Shown here piece by piece: positions 44,898 to 47,565 of a stretch of 47,565 nucleotides of DNA. The notes beneath the pieces are model-generated. The model was not told where the DNA came from, searched no databases, and was given only the letters and a program-made list of their open reading frames with translations. A program made the translations under genes and the position numbers. This stretch comes from Rhizaria sp. SCN 62-66 (taxonomy: Eukaryota), in assembly GCA_001724265.1 (NCBI GenBank), contig MEDY01000441.1, positions 1 to 47,565 on the forward strand. The letters are read 5' to 3'. Position 1 is the first letter of the stretch, and each line of letters begins with the position of its first letter.

Positions 44898-46410
44898 ATC
44901 TCGGTGGTGTGAGAGGAGTAAGTGGGGTTGTGTTTAATAACAAACGCTGCGAACAACAAGACGCAGAGGGAGGGGAAACGCTGGCTGCTGTGTTAAAGCT
45001 GGCACTGGGGGGATCAAAACGACGGAAAAAGAAAAGCTCTTGACACACAAGAAAGTAGGACCCGGAAGTCAAGGAAAGATCCGACTACCGAACGCTCTTG
45101 GCAAAAGCCTGCAGTAACACGATAAGGGCAAGGACAGAACAATCATGGCAGCGAGAGTGGCAGAGCAGAGAAGAAAGACAAAGGGTGAGGGGGGAGGTGA
45201 TGGGAGAGCGGGAGTAAGCGCATGCGAAGAAAGGAGCGCATAGAGAGAGAGATCGAAGTGGAATAGCGGAATTAGGGTGCGAAGTAGGTTTTTTTAGGGT
45301 GGGATCAAAAGATCCAGATAGAAACAGTGCGATATATCTTGATCACAGCGCGCTGGGGAAAGGAAAGAGACGGCAGGCGCGCGCCAGTCGGTCGTGAGGC
45401 AGGGAGCTCCAAGAATGCACGCACCAAATGCGTCTGTCCACTGCAGTACAAAGGCGGAACAGCGTCACAAAAAAGCATGACATTGTCCATGACCGCATCT
45501 ATCATGCCTTATCGTTTTTCACCGCCTTAGCTCAACCCATCACTCACATTAGAAGCTCAAACAACACCCAGTCAAAAGGCCCAAAAGATTTAGCCCTCCC
45601 TTCGCTTGCTTGCTCGCGTGCCCCGGCTTTTTTTCGGTCCATCAACCGGCCAACTCTCACGTTTTTACGCTATATCTCCGTGACTTTATGGTAGAAGAAA
45701 GCTATTTTGTAGTATTTTTATAATAATAGTTTTTTTAAAGTGAAAAACAATAAATTTCATGTTTGGAAGTGATTTATCCTCTCTTTTGCACTACCTTACA
45801 CTTAAGCTGACGTGTGTGTTCAAGTCCGCAGTCATGCTTCAAGTCATCAACAGGCGTGCGCATAAAGTGATAACAGTAGCTAGAACTTTGTGATGCATGT
45901 CTTTGTAGTGACAAATGAGCGTCTTAGCTCCTTTACACTTGTTCCGAGAGTCCTATTTGCAGTCGTGAATCTCGTTTGCTAGCTCTCGTTACTAGTACTA
46001 TTAATAGAATACACTGTAGTACATATTCAGTAGTCAAGCTGACAAGCGACATTGGCTTATCTGCCTTGGAGTACATCATAACTCAGCTGTCATGGTAACA
46101 TATTATTTTAATGTGAATACAGTGTACTGTATATGTACAGTACTAGTATGTAGTACTAGTACATGTACTTTGTACATGTACATGTACTGTACATTGTAAT
46201 TAATATCTAGATCCATTCCATATTAAGTCCACGTCACGCATTTAACTTGGGACGTGTACAGGACGTTTGTTTGATGTTGTCGGAAGCCTTCATAATGCGC
46301 CCTGTGGCTCTGCCCTTTCACCAGGACATATTAGACTTCTGGTGACAACAAGATATAACTTCGAATACCTAATAAATATTAGATTTCATTGATAAAACCA
46401 CGAAAAATTC

Positions 46411-46483
46411 TCCCATTTAGTATAGGTGGTTAGTATACGGCACTCTCACTGCTGAGACACGGGTTCAAGTCCCGTAGTGGGAA
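46411..46483 (+). tRNA. tRNA-Glu-CTC: tRNA-Glu (anticodon CTC)
   Basis: Acceptor stem TCCCATT/AGTGGGA, D-loop GGTGGTTAG, anticodon stem CGGCA/TGCTG with loop CT-CTC-AC (CTC at 46445-46447), T-arm ACGGG-TTCAAGT-CCCGT. Confidence 0.95.
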
Positions 46484-46492
46484 TTTTTTTTT
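46484..46492 (+). terminator. RNA polymerase III oligo-T terminator
   Basis: T9 run immediately after the tRNA discriminator base. Confidence 0.85.
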
Positions 46493-47367
46493 GCGCCATG
46501 CGCTCCAGCGCAATCGATTTTACCCGCTTTTCGGCACGCACTCCGCAGTCCACAACTCAGCGGTTTCTTTTTTTGCTCGATTTACGACATCCCTAGGTCA
46601 GACCAGCCGCCCTCTGCTTCCGATCTGCTCTTGCTCAGTCCGCGACTGAGGTCTCATTCATCTCTCCCTCGTACGAGTATTAATATGAATATAATACTAG
46701 TATTAGTTATAAATACAACTAATACTTTCGCAACTCACCACGGATGCCAACCTGTTACACGACCGAGGGTGCGGAGCAGCCTAAGTTTGATTGCCACGTT
46801 CTCGCCAGTCATGTCAACGCGCGGGAGAGATTACATTTCTCGTTAATACATTTTTCTCTTCTTCCTCCTACATTGTTGGCAGGGAGACACACAATGTGTA
46901 CTATCGGAGTGATAAAAAATCAGTGTAAAACGAGAAACCTACAGAACACAGGCCTTTAACAAACCATATTAACGTGGAATTCCCAATGTCGATGTCATTC
47001 CGCGTGAAAACTCATCCTTTGAACACTCCGCCATCCGAGACCACGGGCGGCGTCGTCCCATCAACAATCATAACCAAAACGAAGTTTATGTTTATGTAAC
47101 AGACAGCAAAATGGATGTAGAATATGAAAAATAAGATGGTATACCTTGTTTACATGCTCAAACTTCCTTGCAGTCGAGGTGCAGATTGGAAGTCACTCTT
47201 ACTCTTTGGTTTCATCGAATCCTCTCCCATCCTGTTTTGCTTTGACCCGATTTTCTTAACTCCCCAATCTACTCTGTAGCTTTTCGGACGTTCTCGCTTT
47301 GTGGAGTCCTAAAGAAGTGTATCTGGAGTTTTGCACAACATCCAACGCTGCGCGCCCTGCTTGAACA

Positions 47368-47565
47368 ATGCCAGTCTCGTTTAGCTATTCATCGTTTCAA
47401 GAGGCGGTCACGGATTTGATGAGTCCTGCGACGTCGCTTGAAGGAGTACAGAAGCTCCGGAGGCTTAGTGCGACTGAAGACTACGACTTGAAGACACTCA
47501 CAGAGGCATGCCTCGAGTATGGCGTGTTCGACTGGCTTTTGCAGTCGCTAGAGTACTGTGGAGAC
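47368..47565 (+). CDS. 5' part of a probable helical/ARM-repeat-like protein, truncated by the window end
   Basis: ATG 47368 is open to the end: MPVSFSYSSFQEAVTDLMSPATSLEGVQKLRRLSATEDYDLKTLTEACLEYGVFDWLLQSLEYCGD. Loosely resembles the first ARM repeat of importin-alpha-like proteins. Confidence 0.5.
   Translation, partial: MPVSFSYSSFQEAVTDLMSPATSLEGVQKLRRLSATEDYDLKTLTEACLEYGVFDWLLQSLEYCGD

Noticed and set aside
46411-46483. tRNA as a possible UAG suppressor
   Set aside because: The anticodon is CTC (Glu), not CTA. It is an ordinary tRNA and gives no direct support for recoding.

Overview
Eukaryotic nuclear DNA, most likely from a protist. GC-rich, intron-poor genes with long Ala/Gly/Ser/Gln low-complexity tracts sit between AT-rich spacers. 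I can support 11 complete protein genes, one partial gene at the right edge and one tRNA-Glu(CTC). In order: a CHAT (caspase-like) plus P-loop NTPase protein, SFT2, a secreted EGF protein, a DHRS7B-like SDR, an ankyrin TRP-like channel, a membrane RING protein, a giant CNH-like plus VPS9 protein (one frameshift), a two-domain cytidine deaminase-like protein, SGT2/SGTA, a CXXC1/Spp1-like PHD protein, a PH plus 2x cNMP plus AGC kinase, the tRNA and an ARM-like fragment. The most striking signal is the behaviour of TAG. Two otherwise intact genes each read through a single in-frame TAG (1604-1606 and 17678-17680), while none of the 11 inferred gene ends uses TAG (5 TAA, 6 TGA). This suggests a non-standard nuclear code with UAG as a sense codon, although nonsense alleles or base-call errors cannot be excluded from this window alone. 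Family assignments come from motif recognition by eye, not database searches.
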